Of a stretch of 64,000 nucleotides of DNA, positions 9,678 to 20,204 are shown piece by piece. A model generated the notes under the pieces. The model did no database searches, was not told the origin of the DNA, and saw nothing but the letters and a program-made list of their open reading frames with translations. How positions within the stretch are numbered: position 1 is the stretch's first letter; every line of letters begins with the position of its first letter. Source of the stretch: a virus; the IMG/VR virus record IMGVR_UViG_3300030497_000008, positions 97,392 to 161,391 of that record; one strand, given 5' to 3'. The position numbers and the translations under genes were made by a program.

Positions 9678-9943
9678 TTACACTATGCGTAATTGGTTAC
9701 GTGCTATTATCTCTAGTTATCTACTACAACTATTGGAAAGAAAACTATGATAGAGACCGCAAGGAGTGGATTATGAAAGAGTCCGCAAAGAAAGGTATAT
9801 GGATTTCTTTCTCTGTAATCCCAATACTATTGTTGGGTATGGGAGTTGTTTGCGGGATTTTAATTTTAGGGTTCTTGCTAGTAGGGCTAGTAGTAGGTTG
9901 GGTTGTAGATTTAGTTATGTGGATTTTAACAACTATGCCATAG
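9674..9943 (+). CDS. membrane protein
   Basis: Hydrophobic segments; ATGA overlap with dut. Confidence 0.65.
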   Translation: MITLCVIGYVLLSLVIYYNYWKENYDRDRKEWIMKESAKKGIWISFSVIPILLLGMGVVCGILILGFLLVGLVVGWVVDLVMWILTTMP

Positions 9944-9955
9944 AGGAGGATACAC

Positions 9956-10243
9956 ATGCAGACTAAAGTTACTGATTACATAGAGGCGATTATCGCAGCG
10001 AAATTAGCTAATGATGGTAAAACTCTCATGCATCTTCGTGAGGGCGCGAAAGGTGAAGTGGTAGACCTGTACGATGTAGCAGAAGCTATCTTTGACGTAA
10101 CAAACGACATCATTATACATATTGATACATCACAAGCTATTAACGAAGCTAGACTTAGATTGATAGTAGATAAACTATCAGAAGATATAAAACTCAACAT
10201 CTACGACGCCTTCGATGAGCGCGGAGATGAACTATTTAAATAA
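9956..10243 (+). CDS. hypothetical protein
   Basis: ORF with RBS. Confidence 0.75.
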   Translation: MQTKVTDYIEAIIAAKLANDGKTLMHLREGAKGEVVDLYDVAEAIFDVTNDIIIHIDTSQAINEARLRLIVDKLSEDIKLNIYDAFDERGDELFK

Positions 10244-10261
10244 AAGGAGACTAATACACAC

Positions 10262-10684
10262 ATGGGTAAAACATTAACAAATTCACAATTAACAAAAGCG
10301 GTAGATACGCTGCAAGAAGAAATCGCGATTATGCAAGGTTCATTATCTCTAGAGGACATGAAAACATATATTGAATACTTACACTCAGGTGTCGTAACAT
10401 CGGAAGAGCATGCAGCAGTTATCCGACGCCTTTCACAAGAACCAGCATCTATTGAGGATGCTACACTAATCGCTCGATTCTCTTTAACTCAAATCTTGGA
10501 CGAGCTAGAAAACAAACTTACAGAAGTTATGAAAACAGTTCAAATCCAAGGTAAAGTACTTAAGAAACTAGGTGCTACAGAAGAAATGATTGACGAAGCA
10601 GCAGCAGAACACGCGCAGCAAGTAGCAGAGATGTTAAAGTTAGTAGATGCTAAAGCAGAAGAACAAAAACCTGAGGAGAACTAA
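10262..10684 (+). CDS. hypothetical protein
   Basis: ORF with RBS. Confidence 0.75.
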   Translation: MGKTLTNSQLTKAVDTLQEEIAIMQGSLSLEDMKTYIEYLHSGVVTSEEHAAVIRRLSQEPASIEDATLIARFSLTQILDELENKLTEVMKTVQIQGKVLKKLGATEEMIDEAAAEHAQQVAEMLKLVDAKAEEQKPEEN

Positions 10685-10710
10685 TCTCCTCTCCTTTAAG
10701 GAGGTTCACC

Positions 10711-10908
10711 ATGCATAGGTATAACAAATTAATACTAGAAGTGTTAGTTATTGGTGATGAATTAGGATTGGTTAAGGGTGAACGATATCCTGTATGCGAG
10801 ATTAGCCCTATATGGGACGGATGGATATCGATTCAAGAAATAGATTATAGAAAACATATGCATATCAGCAATAAAAATATTATAGTATACGGGAAAGGAG
10901 TTCGTTGA
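10711..10908 (+). CDS. hypothetical protein
   Basis: AAGGAGGT RBS. Confidence 0.65.
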   Translation: MHRYNKLILEVLVIGDELGLVKGERYPVCEISPIWDGWISIQEIDYRKHMHISNKNIIVYGKGVR

Positions 10909-11472
10909 TTGGCTAGTCAAGGTCGTGGCGCTAAACAGAAAGGCGCATCAGCAGAATTAAAAATCGCTAAGATTCTTGGTGAATGGAGTGGCGAGAACGT
11001 ACATAGAGTACCTCAGTCAGGTGCAGGAGGTACACGATTCGGAACAGACACACGAATGGTAGGAGACATCACATTCCCTGTAAATAGTCAGAACTGTTTC
11101 GTATATGAATCGAAGAAACAAGAAGGTTGGGAATTAGCTAACTTGTTCAAAGGTACAGGTAAGATTAAGGAATGGTTTAATCAGGTAGTAGACGATGCTA
11201 GACGTATGAAATCGCTAGGCATGTCACCTTGTCTGATGTTCTCTAAAAATAGAGATATAATCTATGTACTTATCCCCTACACAGATGAGTTTTACGAAGT
11301 GTTAGATAAGAGTTTCCCAGTGTCTAGACAGACAGTTTCCTATAAAGACTTCCGTGATGAGGAGCAATCGTTCGATACTCTTCTAACAACAATTGAAGGA
11401 TTCACATCGGTAGACAAATATTGGTTGTTTGACTTATATCGCAACCTAGAGTGGGATATTCGAAATAACTAG
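10909..11472 (+). CDS. Holliday junction resolvase (PD-(D/E)XK)
   Basis: KGASAE, RVPQSGA, GDI, YESKK motifs. Confidence 0.8.
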   Translation: MASQGRGAKQKGASAELKIAKILGEWSGENVHRVPQSGAGGTRFGTDTRMVGDITFPVNSQNCFVYESKKQEGWELANLFKGTGKIKEWFNQVVDDARRMKSLGMSPCLMFSKNRDIIYVLIPYTDEFYEVLDKSFPVSRQTVSYKDFRDEEQSFDTLLTTIEGFTSVDKYWLFDLYRNLEWDIRNN

Positions 11473-11522
11473 TCGAAGTATTATATTATGTATCATGAAA
11501 AAAGAAAGAGGGGATTTATTGA

Positions 11523-13844
11523 ATGACGGTTATTACCAAAAATAGAGAGTCTTATGTCCAAGAGAAAGAATTTGATGCAACACGTTTTGTGGACTTCGTT
11601 GATAGTATTATCGATGAGACAAAAGACAAAGAGAAATTGAATTCAGAAGAGCTGCAAGAAATTACGGATACAGTACTTTCGTTTGTATCTGCTAAAAAAC
11701 AAGTAGACGCATCATCATTATTTACATATCTAATTCGTGAAGCACAAGCACGAGTTACAACAGACAATCTAGAATTACTTAACTTTACAGCAGCAGTATT
11801 TTTACGTTCCATGTACAAGGAAGCTAGTAAACTACGAGGCTTCAACTATAAGGATGGTTATGGAGACTACGCTTCACACGTAGTAGCGATGGTAGAGCGA
11901 GGCAAATACTCTCAAGTTCTATTAGACGCATATACTCGTGAAGAACTAGAAGAAGCTGGCAAGCTTATCAAGATGGAAAAAGATAAGATGTTCAGTCACA
12001 GTGGACTTCAAACACTTAAGAAAACATTCTTAATACATAATGATAAAGGTAAGTTAGTAGAACTTCCTCAAGAGCGTTTCCTAACAGTAGCGCTATACTT
12101 AATGCATAAAGAAGATAAAGAAAAACGTATGGACTTCGTACGCGAAGCTTACTACGTACTATCAGAACACTATGTTGGGTTAGCAACACCGACACTTAAA
12201 AATGCTGGTGCGCCACATGGCTCATTATCATCTTGTCACATTTTAACAATGGACGATACATTAGAAAGTATCTTCGATGTTATTAAACAGATTGCTAAGT
12301 TCTCTCGTGAAGGTTCGGGTATCGGTATCTTCGGAGGATTCTTACGTGCTCGTGGTTCTCGTATCCGTGGAGTGAAAGTTACAAACAATGGTATTTTACA
12401 CCCTGCTCGTCTATTATCAGTACTAGCAGAGTATGTAGACCAGACAGGAACGCGTAAAGCTGGAGTAGCATTATACCTTCCTGTGTGGCATGCAGATATC
12501 ATGGACTTCCTAGAGTTACGATTGAAGACAGGTACGCAAGAGAAACGCGCTCACTCTATTACAACAGGAGTTACATTGCCTGATGAATTTATGAGACGTT
12601 TACGTGATGGCGGAGTATTCACAGTGTTTGACCCTTATGAAGTTAAACAAAAGCTTGGTATCGACTTGAATAAGCAATACGACAAGAAGATTCTTAAGAA
12701 AGGTGAAACACCAAACCCTATCGACCATGCATTTACATACTGGTATCGTGAAGCTGAGAAATTAGATTTAGAGATTAAAACAGTATTGAGTGTAAAAGAT
12801 ATCTACAAGAAAATCTTCATAGCTCGTAGAACTGGTGGAACACCGTACTTATACTTCTCAGATACAAGCGCTCGTTTGAATCCGAACGAACATGAAGGTA
12901 TGCCTTACGGTTCTAACTTATGTACGGAAATCATCATGAACATGTCTTACGATGATGTTATCAATGATGGTGAAGATGAAGAAGGATTCGTAGTATACAA
13001 AGTAAAACACGGTGACCTTGTAACATGTAACTTAAGCTCTACAGCAGCTCATCGTACACACTACTTATCTGACGAAGAATTCCAGCGAGTAGTTAACATT
13101 CAAATGCGTATGCTCGATAATGTTATCACAATGGGGCGTTTAGTAGTTGGTCAAGCAGTTAAGACAAATAACAAATATCGTGCTGTTGGTGCGGGCGTAC
13201 TAGGTATGGCTACATTGCTTACAGACTTAGGTATTAGTTGGGAGTCTAACGAAGCAACAGAGTTCGTAGGGGAGTTCTATAAGCGCTATCTAAAAGCGAA
13301 ATTGATTGCTTCTCACGAGTTAGCAGTAGAGAAAGGTTCATATCCACTGTTTGAGGGCTCTGATTGGCAGACAGGAGCGTTCTTCGATAAACGAGGGTTT
13401 ACGGGCTCTGAATGGGATGAATACCGTGAGATGGCTTCTAAGGGTATCCGTTTCGGGTATCACTCTGCGACAGCTCCTACAGCAACAAACAGTATTGTTG
13501 TAAATGGCTCTCCTTCGATTGACCCACTCTATAATGTAGTGTACAACGAAGCGAAAGCTGGAGTGCAAGTTCTTATTGCTCCACCTAACTACAACAATAA
13601 AACAAAATGGTTCTACAAGTCAGGGTTTGAGATGGACGAGATGTGGTCTATTAATCACGTAGCGGCTGCTCAATTATATACTGACCAAGGAATCTCTCAT
13701 AACATGCACGTGTCTAGTAAAATCAAAGGCTCTGAAATGCTTCGATTAGACTTAGCTGCATGGGAGAAAGGTTTAAAAACAATCTACTATACTCATACAG
13801 AGGATAGAGAGAAACCAGCAGATTGCATTATGTGTGCAGGTTAA
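11523..13844 (+). CDS. class I ribonucleotide reductase alpha subunit
   Basis: ATPTLKNAG, SSC, GSNLCTEI, APTAT, KTIYY, C-terminal CIMC; uninterrupted. Confidence 0.95.
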   Translation: MTVITKNRESYVQEKEFDATRFVDFVDSIIDETKDKEKLNSEELQEITDTVLSFVSAKKQVDASSLFTYLIREAQARVTTDNLELLNFTAAVFLRSMYKEASKLRGFNYKDGYGDYASHVVAMVERGKYSQVLLDAYTREELEEAGKLIKMEKDKMFSHSGLQTLKKTFLIHNDKGKLVELPQERFLTVALYLMHKEDKEKRMDFVREAYYVLSEHYVGLATPTLKNAGAPHGSLSSCHILTMDDTLESIFDVIKQIAKFSREGSGIGIFGGFLRARGSRIRGVKVTNNGILHPARLLSVLAEYVDQTGTRKAGVALYLPVWHADIMDFLELRLKTGTQEKRAHSITTGVTLPDEFMRRLRDGGVFTVFDPYEVKQKLGIDLNKQYDKKILKKGETPNPIDHAFTYWYREAEKLDLEIKTVLSVKDIYKKIFIARRTGGTPYLYFSDTSARLNPNEHEGMPYGSNLCTEIIMNMSYDDVINDGEDEEGFVVYKVKHGDLVTCNLSSTAAHRTHYLSDEEFQRVVNIQMRMLDNVITMGRLVVGQAVKTNNKYRAVGAGVLGMATLLTDLGISWESNEATEFVGEFYKRYLKAKLIASHELAVEKGSYPLFEGSDWQTGAFFDKRGFTGSEWDEYREMASKGIRFGYHSATAPTATNSIVVNGSPSIDPLYNVVYNEAKAGVQVLIAPPNYNNKTKWFYKSGFEMDEMWSINHVAAAQLYTDQGISHNMHVSSKIKGSEMLRLDLAAWEKGLKTIYYTHTEDREKPADCIMCAG

Positions 13845-13845
13845 C

Positions 13846-14037
13846 ATGAGATTTAAGCTAAAGAACCATTCTGATAACATTGGGACAGGGGAACGAAAAG
13901 TAACACAGTTCCTCTGGTTGCCTAAGCTTATCGGTAAGGAGTGGAGATGGTTGGAGACAACCTCTTATATTCAAATCTATCAGTTCGGTGTGTGGGAAAA
14001 TCTTAGCTGGGCGGATGATAAATCTAGTAAAAAGTAA
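13846..14037 (+). CDS. hypothetical protein
   Basis: ORF following RNR alpha. Confidence 0.55.
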   Translation: MRFKLKNHSDNIGTGERKVTQFLWLPKLIGKEWRWLETTSYIQIYQFGVWENLSWADDKSSKK

Positions 14038-14066
14038 TTGACAAAAAAGACAGAATAGTGTAAAAT
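14038..14066 (+). promoter_or_regulatory. sigma-A promoter
   Basis: TTGACA-N17-TAAAAT. Confidence 0.75.
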
Positions 14067-14133
14067 ATTACTTGTAAGAGTGAGTACTTATAGTAATATC
14101 TTACGCTATTTTTATTTATAAGGAGGAGAAGAG

Positions 14134-14406
14134 ATGGAGTACGCTAAAGTTAGTGGAAAGAATGTAGTTATTACGTTACCTATCGATTTACTTCAAGTAG
14201 CTTTCGATAATAATCCTAATAACTATGACGAAGAGCTTAAGGTGAAATTTAAACGTAAGTTTGCACAAGGGTTTGTAGATTTAGTTAACAATGGTTATGA
14301 AGATAGCGAGACGGGGTTAACCGTGTTCCAAGAGTGGATTGATTCTATCTTCAACGAAATGGTTGACAGTGACGCTGGTTATATTAAATATCCTAAGGAG
14401 GACTAA
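14134..14406 (+). CDS. hypothetical protein
   Basis: ORF with RBS. Confidence 0.75.
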   Translation: MEYAKVSGKNVVITLPIDLLQVAFDNNPNNYDEELKVKFKRKFAQGFVDLVNNGYEDSETGLTVFQEWIDSIFNEMVDSDAGYIKYPKED

Positions 14407-14407
14407 A

Positions 14408-14686
14408 ATGAGAGAGATTAGTTTAGAACAAGGCAAGTATACTATTGTAGTAGACTTTGATAACGGTGTGTTTAAAGCTTTACGTTATGGTGAAGAGTGG
14501 CAAAACTTAATGGGGGACAAGCTTACGTTAGCTTTAATTCATGAGTTGGAACACACGAAAGAACGCTTAAGTGAGGCGGAGGATTTATTGGGTGACGCTC
14601 ATAGTTTGATGGGTAATGTGCATTGCTATGATACAGAAGAGGCGCATGCGATTAACGCATTCCTGTATGGTGACTCTAATGAGTGA
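14408..14686 (+). CDS. hypothetical protein
   Basis: Start re-chosen after AGGAGG RBS. Confidence 0.7.
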   Translation: MREISLEQGKYTIVVDFDNGVFKALRYGEEWQNLMGDKLTLALIHELEHTKERLSEAEDLLGDAHSLMGNVHCYDTEEAHAINAFLYGDSNE

Positions 14687-14933
14687 TGCGATTACTTTAT
14701 GGGGAGAATTCGTTGTAAGAAGAATCACAAAACGAACAGGTGCAGCAGCTTTCAAGCATATAAAAGTAAATGATGTTATCAAGTTTGTGTGGGATTTAAA
14801 TGGTTCTTATGCATCAACAGCTCCTAAAGTCAAGGTATTTGTAAATGATAAATACGTAGATGAGAAGAGTGCAACAAATCTTAAGAACATTTTATATAAT
14901 TTCGAACTGGAGGGTATTGATGATGTCATCTAA
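14679..14933 (+). CDS. hypothetical protein
   Basis: Overlapping start. Confidence 0.65.
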   Translation: MSDAITLWGEFVVRRITKRTGAAAFKHIKVNDVIKFVWDLNGSYASTAPKVKVFVNDKYVDEKSATNLKNILYNFELEGIDDVI

Positions 14934-15138
14934 AGAGCTACCTGTATTAGATAAAGAGATTGCTAAAGCTGTTATTGATTTTGATGGAGCTGTAGTGAGA
15001 AGTGTACATAATGTGTGGTCTAACGGAACAGTAGTCCGTAGATATCAAGGGCAAGATAAAATGTGGACAAACAAGGATGCTAGTAAAGGTTATAAAAAAA
15101 TGAGAGTAATCATAGTAGATTGCTTAGAGGAGGAGTAA
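14920..15138 (+). CDS. hypothetical protein
   Basis: GGAGG RBS. Confidence 0.65.
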   Translation: MMSSKELPVLDKEIAKAVIDFDGAVVRSVHNVWSNGTVVRRYQGQDKMWTNKDASKGYKKMRVIIVDCLEEE

Positions 15139-15139
15139 T

Positions 15140-15574
15140 ATGTATTATTGGAACAATGAATCATTCGAGTTCGAAGGATTGGTAGGGAAGACATTAACAA
15201 GGATTGATGATAGCCGCGCAGATGAATTGGTATTTTATGATACCGAAGGGGAAATCTACGTGATGTACCATCAGCAGGATTGCTGCGAGTCGGTTTATAT
15301 CGAAGATATCAATGGCGACCTAGAAGACTTACTACATAGCCCGATTTTAATGGCAGAAGAATCAACGAACCATGACAGTTTAGACGCCAAAGCGGAAAAG
15401 GATGACTGGTACGACGATAGTTCGCATACATGGACATTCTATAAAATTGCTACAATTAAAGGTACAGTAACATTGCGCTGGTTAGGTACATCTAATGGCT
15501 ACTATTCAGAGTCTGTAAGCTTTGTTCACGTAACAGACGCGGAGGATAAGCGTAGTTACCAAGAAAACAATTAA
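15140..15574 (+). CDS. conserved phage protein of unknown function
   Basis: HQQDCCE, WTFY and SNGYYSE motifs recognised from a widespread phage family. Confidence 0.75.
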   Translation: MYYWNNESFEFEGLVGKTLTRIDDSRADELVFYDTEGEIYVMYHQQDCCESVYIEDINGDLEDLLHSPILMAEESTNHDSLDAKAEKDDWYDDSSHTWTFYKIATIKGTVTLRWLGTSNGYYSESVSFVHVTDAEDKRSYQENN

Positions 15575-15592
15575 AAAGGAGACAAGCTATAT

Positions 15593-16717
15593 ATGTTCAA
15601 TAAAACAACACAAGAAAAGCCATTTCGTTTATACAATGAAATGCATCCTAATAGAGCAACACGTTTATTCGGAGGACGAGCTAGTGGTATCCGCAACTGG
15701 GATGACCAATTAGTAGATATCTGGCTCGATTTCCAGAAAGCTTTATTCGCCGAGTATTGGATTCCAGAGGAAGTTAGAATGGGTAAAGACATCGAGCAAT
15801 ACGCATTAGAGATGTCCCGTGAAGAACGCATTACGTATGAGCGTGTTTCTGGGGCGCTGAACTGGCTTGATTCTATGGCTAGTGATGTTGTAACCCTATT
15901 GTTCATGACAACCTCTGACCCCGCTCTACGCTCTGTTTTAACGTTAATAGCCTCATTCGAGACGACACATAACGTATCGTACGAGCATATGACATCATCT
16001 GTAATCGGATTTGAGGAAAAACAAAAACACTTTGCTAAGGTGCGAGAGCTGTCGCTATTAGCAAAACGTAACAAGCATATCCTAGTAGACTTGGAGAATA
16101 TGACAGACGTACTAGTGAAATATCTGAAACGTAAAATCGAGTTAGGTGTGTCTGATTTAGAGATGACACAAGAGGAAATTCAAACCATCTTTAAAGGCTT
16201 AGTAGCTTATCAGATTTTAGAAGGGTTATATTTCTCTGGAGGATTCGTATACTTCCATTCTCTAGCACGTGACAACAAAATGATTGAGTCGAATAGTATG
16301 ATTAATCTTATTAAAGCGGATGAGAATCAACACTCTGAAATCTTTGGTATGATTATCAAAGTACTAGTTACAGAGAATCCATTCTTAAATACCAAAGAGA
16401 ATATGGATTGGGTAATGGGGTACATTCGTGAGGCGGTACAACTAGAAAAAGAGTGGACAGCTTGGTTGTATGAGGATATCGATACATTATCAGTACCAGA
16501 GTATCACGAGTACGTCGAGTATCTAGCAAACTTAATCTGCCGCAACGCAGGTTTCCAAGAGCCGTACCCAGATAACCATGAACTAAAAGCGAAATGGATT
16601 GTTACATACGGAAGTAAATCATCAGGAAACAACGCTATTGGAGTTAAAGCGGACTTCTTACAAACGAACGTAATCAACTACCAACATACGGATGGTAACG
16701 ATGACTTCGACTTATAA
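15593..16717 (+). CDS. class I ribonucleotide reductase beta subunit
   Basis: Di-metal ligands (LDS, ETTH..SY, LEGLYFSGGF, DENQH); acidic C-tail. Confidence 0.93.
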   Translation: MFNKTTQEKPFRLYNEMHPNRATRLFGGRASGIRNWDDQLVDIWLDFQKALFAEYWIPEEVRMGKDIEQYALEMSREERITYERVSGALNWLDSMASDVVTLLFMTTSDPALRSVLTLIASFETTHNVSYEHMTSSVIGFEEKQKHFAKVRELSLLAKRNKHILVDLENMTDVLVKYLKRKIELGVSDLEMTQEEIQTIFKGLVAYQILEGLYFSGGFVYFHSLARDNKMIESNSMINLIKADENQHSEIFGMIIKVLVTENPFLNTKENMDWVMGYIREAVQLEKEWTAWLYEDIDTLSVPEYHEYVEYLANLICRNAGFQEPYPDNHELKAKWIVTYGSKSSGNNAIGVKADFLQTNVINYQHTDGNDDFDL

Positions 16718-17153
16718 GAGTGCAGCGTTGTTTGTATATTCTAGGAAGGGGAATACCGTTGGTATTCTCAATAACCTAGATGAGACGGATGTTACGTACA
16801 TACATAGATGGACAAAAGACTTAACTCCAGAAGAAGTGAAGAAGTCGTTCGATAATAGTGAAGTGATTCTATTAGGGTTACCTACATACTATCCCACTTA
16901 TCAGACAGAACCAGAGTTTCCTAAATATTTAAAAGATTTTGAAGAAACTATCTTGACACTTAAAGGAAAAACTATTATACTATTTGGTAGTGGTAGAAGT
17001 GAATACGCGTTGTTCTGCGGGGTACTCGACTATATGTATGAAAAGTTATCTTATCAAAATACAGTTCATATGTTTAAATTCGAAGGATACCCTAAACAAG
17101 AGCAAATCGACTCATTTGAACTACTAGTAAGAGATGTTTTAGAAGGGAGATAG
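16692..17153 (+). CDS. flavodoxin / NrdI-like protein
   Basis: YSRKGNT, PTY, FGSG..Y..FCG flavodoxin motifs next to RNR beta. Confidence 0.82.
   Translation: MVTMTSTYKSAALFVYSRKGNTVGILNNLDETDVTYIHRWTKDLTPEEVKKSFDNSEVILLGLPTYYPTYQTEPEFPKYLKDFEETILTLKGKTIILFGSGRSEYALFCGVLDYMYEKLSYQNTVHMFKFEGYPKQEQIDSFELLVRDVLEGR
16953..16981 (+). promoter_or_regulatory. internal sigma-A promoter inside flavodoxin gene
   Basis: TTGACA-N17-TATACT. Confidence 0.55.
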
Positions 17154-17157
17154 ATAA

Positions 17158-17622
17158 GTGGACGGGCTATCACTTGTTAGAGATGCTGTGGCGGAAGAAA
17201 TGGCTAAAAGGCTAGACGAGGACATACTTAGACACATGGATGGTATTGACCTAATAACAGAAATGGAGGAAAATAGTTTGGTAGAATTATCAGGAGATGA
17301 AGCGTTACATATTAATGGGATGTTATCAGAAGTTTATGATATTTTATCTAAAGACTATGCTGATATGAATTGGGATGACGCTGTTATCGAAGAAGTACAT
17401 AATCGCATGTTGGTCATGCTGCAAGAATTAGCTAGTAAACGTCGTTCTAAACGAGTTTCTATGAACTTGAAACAAGCCTTAGATATCATTCACGGTAAAG
17501 GTAACTATGAGCTAGAATGTAGACGTGATGGGGACAAGCTTACATACGCATTAGCAGTCAAGAACAAAGTTAGCAAATTTGATGTAACTTTAGACCAAGA
17601 AAAGTTTAAAATCGGAGGATAA
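17158..17622 (+). CDS. hypothetical protein
   Basis: ORF with RBS. Confidence 0.7.
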   Translation: MDGLSLVRDAVAEEMAKRLDEDILRHMDGIDLITEMEENSLVELSGDEALHINGMLSEVYDILSKDYADMNWDDAVIEEVHNRMLVMLQELASKRRSKRVSMNLKQALDIIHGKGNYELECRRDGDKLTYALAVKNKVSKFDVTLDQEKFKIGG

Positions 17623-17627
17623 TACAT

Positions 17628-17897
17628 ATGAAAAAGTTAATTAAAGTAGAACAAACAGGATGCGCTCCGTGTATCGCTGTAGGTAATTATTTAAAGGATG
17701 AACTAGATGTACCGCACACAGTAGTAAACGTAGGAGACCGTCCAGATGTAGCTGCATTCTATGAACTAGCATCAGTGCCTACAACTCTATTAATCGAGGT
17801 AGAAGACCCAGAAGAGTTAAAAGGTAAAGAGCTTGCTCGTTCAATTAAATTCAACCCAGCGGAGCTAGATGAATTAGCTGCGGCATTAGCTGAGTAG
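17628..17897 (+). CDS. thioredoxin/NrdH-like redoxin
   Basis: CAPC and SVPT motifs. Confidence 0.85.
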   Translation: MKKLIKVEQTGCAPCIAVGNYLKDELDVPHTVVNVGDRPDVAAFYELASVPTTLLIEVEDPEELKGKELARSIKFNPAELDELAAALAE

Positions 17898-18097
17898 TGA
17901 AGGCTCTACGTAAAGAAGATTTACTCCGCCTCATTGAACACAACTTTGAGGACGGAGAGCTAATCTTTGAAGATAACTGGAAGTTAGCAGAGCTGTGGAA
18001 GCAGCTCGCCGATGAATGGTTTATCGTGGATGGGGGATGGCAGCTAGTAGAAGAGAATAAACGAATGAAGAAAGCAAGGGAGGCGTGGAGTGAGTGA
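17897..18097 (+). CDS. hypothetical protein
   Basis: Coupled ORF. Confidence 0.6.
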   Translation: MKALRKEDLLRLIEHNFEDGELIFEDNWKLAELWKQLADEWFIVDGGWQLVEENKRMKKAREAWSE

Positions 18098-18525
18098 GTT
18101 CTGAAATTTACGGAGTTCGGATACCTTTAGAAGAACGTGCACCTTGGACAGAATTCGAATTAGAGCCTATGGTAAAATTTACACTACATAACATCACAGA
18201 AGCAGCAAAAAAGGTTTTCGGTACAGGCGATATAGGGATTATCGATAATATGAGCGAAATCAGAATACAGTTACCAGCAGAAGCGTATAACCAACTGTCG
18301 TTTGAGAAGATTAATAGGTTCGAGTATTTGTGCAGACCTGCTGGTTATTTCTTCTCATATACGGAAAAGGTTACTCTAGAACCTATCGAGGTACTAGCGG
18401 AGTTAAAAAGTGTGAAGAGGGGCTTAGAAAGTAATGAAGAATACGATGGGTTCATCCGAGGACAGTTATCAGCATACTCTCACGCAATTGAGCTAGTAAG
18501 ACAATTAGTAAAGGAGACGATGTAA
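18094..18525 (+). CDS. hypothetical protein
   Basis: ORF with RBS. Confidence 0.7.
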   Translation: MSSEIYGVRIPLEERAPWTEFELEPMVKFTLHNITEAAKKVFGTGDIGIIDNMSEIRIQLPAEAYNQLSFEKINRFEYLCRPAGYFFSYTEKVTLEPIEVLAELKSVKRGLESNEEYDGFIRGQLSAYSHAIELVRQLVKETM

Positions 18526-18980
18526 TGGAATGTAATAATACGCATTGTTTATGGAACATGTTCGACCAATGTTGTCACGAGTCGGAAGAAGGTTTTGATA
18601 TGGCGACCCCAAACGCCTTAGATTGCCCATCTTCTCTACGTACTGACTTTCAATATGGAGTCTCTTATACATTTCATTATGTATGCGATAAGTTCGAAGA
18701 GCTAAATACAATTGAGCAGCGTAAAGTTCTTAACTTCGTTCTCGACCAAAGACAAGAGATGGATAACTATACTTGGTATAGATACATAGGAATGACAGCA
18801 GCTATGATTGATGCTTGTTCTCGACGTAAACTACTAGAGCTTTTAGAGATTAGAAAGTTCATTGATGAAGGTGGGTATAAGAACCCTTGGTCTACGGAAC
18901 TTGCTGACCATCCAATTCAAGCACCAGCGCTAGTACTTAATGTGTTAAAGGAGAGAAAAAATGGCGAAGCTAAAGTATGA
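18525..18980 (+). CDS. hypothetical protein with Cys-rich N-terminus
   Basis: CxxxxC...CC...C motif. Confidence 0.7.
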   Translation: MECNNTHCLWNMFDQCCHESEEGFDMATPNALDCPSSLRTDFQYGVSYTFHYVCDKFEELNTIEQRKVLNFVLDQRQEMDNYTWYRYIGMTAAMIDACSRRKLLELLEIRKFIDEGGYKNPWSTELADHPIQAPALVLNVLKERKNGEAKV

Positions 18981-19185
18981 AACACATGTGAATGCTGATA
19001 TCTTTACATTGATTTGTACAGAGTATAACGCAGAAGCAGAAATCTCCTTCGATTTAACGACCGTAGAGGTATGTAGCCTTGAAGTTGGTAAATGTTCAAT
19101 CGGTAACCTAGAAAAGTTAGTTAAACTGGCTAAGAAGGAGTTTACAGGAGTTTTAATTGAACAACGTGTCGGAGGTATGATGTAA
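18961..19185 (+). CDS. hypothetical protein
   Basis: ORF with RBS. Confidence 0.65.
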   Translation: MAKLKYETHVNADIFTLICTEYNAEAEISFDLTTVEVCSLEVGKCSIGNLEKLVKLAKKEFTGVLIEQRVGGMM

Positions 19186-19355
19186 TGTATAGTTATGCTG
19201 TTACTTACTACGATGAAGATTTTAAGGAATTCAACGTAACGTTAGATGCGAAAAACTTAACAATGCTAGAACAGATTGTACATAGAATTCAATACAGTAA
19301 AGCCAAGAAAATTATCATCACTAAAATTAAGTGGCTTGGCTTAAAAGAACACTAA
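19185..19355 (+). CDS. small hypothetical protein (56 aa, not in track)
   Basis: TAATG coupling, GGAGG RBS. Confidence 0.6.
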   Translation: MYSYAVTYYDEDFKEFNVTLDAKNLTMLEQIVHRIQYSKAKKIIITKIKWLGLKEH

Positions 19356-19432
19356 GTAGAGGCTCTTTTCGTCTCTACTTTTTTCTATATGATATAATTA
19401 AAGTAGAGATAAATAAAGAAAAGAGGTATATA

Positions 19433-20203
19433 ATGGTTAAAAAAATGGCACGAAAACGATTATGTAATATTTATAATAGTGATAGAAGCATTAATGCAAA
19501 CTTCACACTTGTGAAAGATGAGAATGCAGCTATTAAAGTAACCCGTCTTAATGAGGGGGAAGTTGAACAGGCGATGGATAAATTATCTGAACAATCAGAA
19601 CTCTTTCCTATTAGAGACGATAAGAGATATATGATTTTCAAACAGAAGTACGGCAATGACACATTGAATAATAAGATATTTAAGCATGGAGGATACGTCC
19701 AGTACTACAGTGAAGGGAAAGCTCCGATACCTGTAATTAATGCTCTCGCTAAAGTCCCTACATCAGAGATTATCTATGCACCTCAGAAAGAATATCCTCG
19801 TGATGTAGTAGAGAATGTTCATCTAGCATCAATGGCTACTAGTGTCGTAGTAGACGTACCTATCGTATTACCTGATATCAACGTGTATGACTATTTATTT
19901 GCCTTATACCCGCTACGATATCATGTCGATAAAGTTCGAGTATCTTTCCCTCCATTAGAACCAGAAGAAATGACAAAGGAACGTAAGAAGTACTACACGA
20001 AACGGAAGGGAAAATACTACATGAAGCCACAGTATAAATATGAGTGCTTCTGTCACCTTCAAGAGCCTCTGTCTACATGGAAAATGAACATCTGGTTAGT
20101 ATGTGATACCGAAAAGGATAAAGAAACCGTGAAAGAGCTTGTAGACACGAATAACAGGAAGTTCAAGTATACGCATCATGTATCTCTTATGGAGGATGAG
20201 TGA
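19433..20203 (+). CDS. conserved herellevirus protein (putative DNA-binding)
   Basis: Start re-chosen after AGAGGT RBS; lies just before the HU-like gene as in Twort-like phages. Confidence 0.65.
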   Translation: MVKKMARKRLCNIYNSDRSINANFTLVKDENAAIKVTRLNEGEVEQAMDKLSEQSELFPIRDDKRYMIFKQKYGNDTLNNKIFKHGGYVQYYSEGKAPIPVINALAKVPTSEIIYAPQKEYPRDVVENVHLASMATSVVVDVPIVLPDINVYDYLFALYPLRYHVDKVRVSFPPLEPEEMTKERKKYYTKRKGKYYMKPQYKYECFCHLQEPLSTWKMNIWLVCDTEKDKETVKELVDTNNRKFKYTHHVSLMEDE

Positions 20204-20204
20204 T

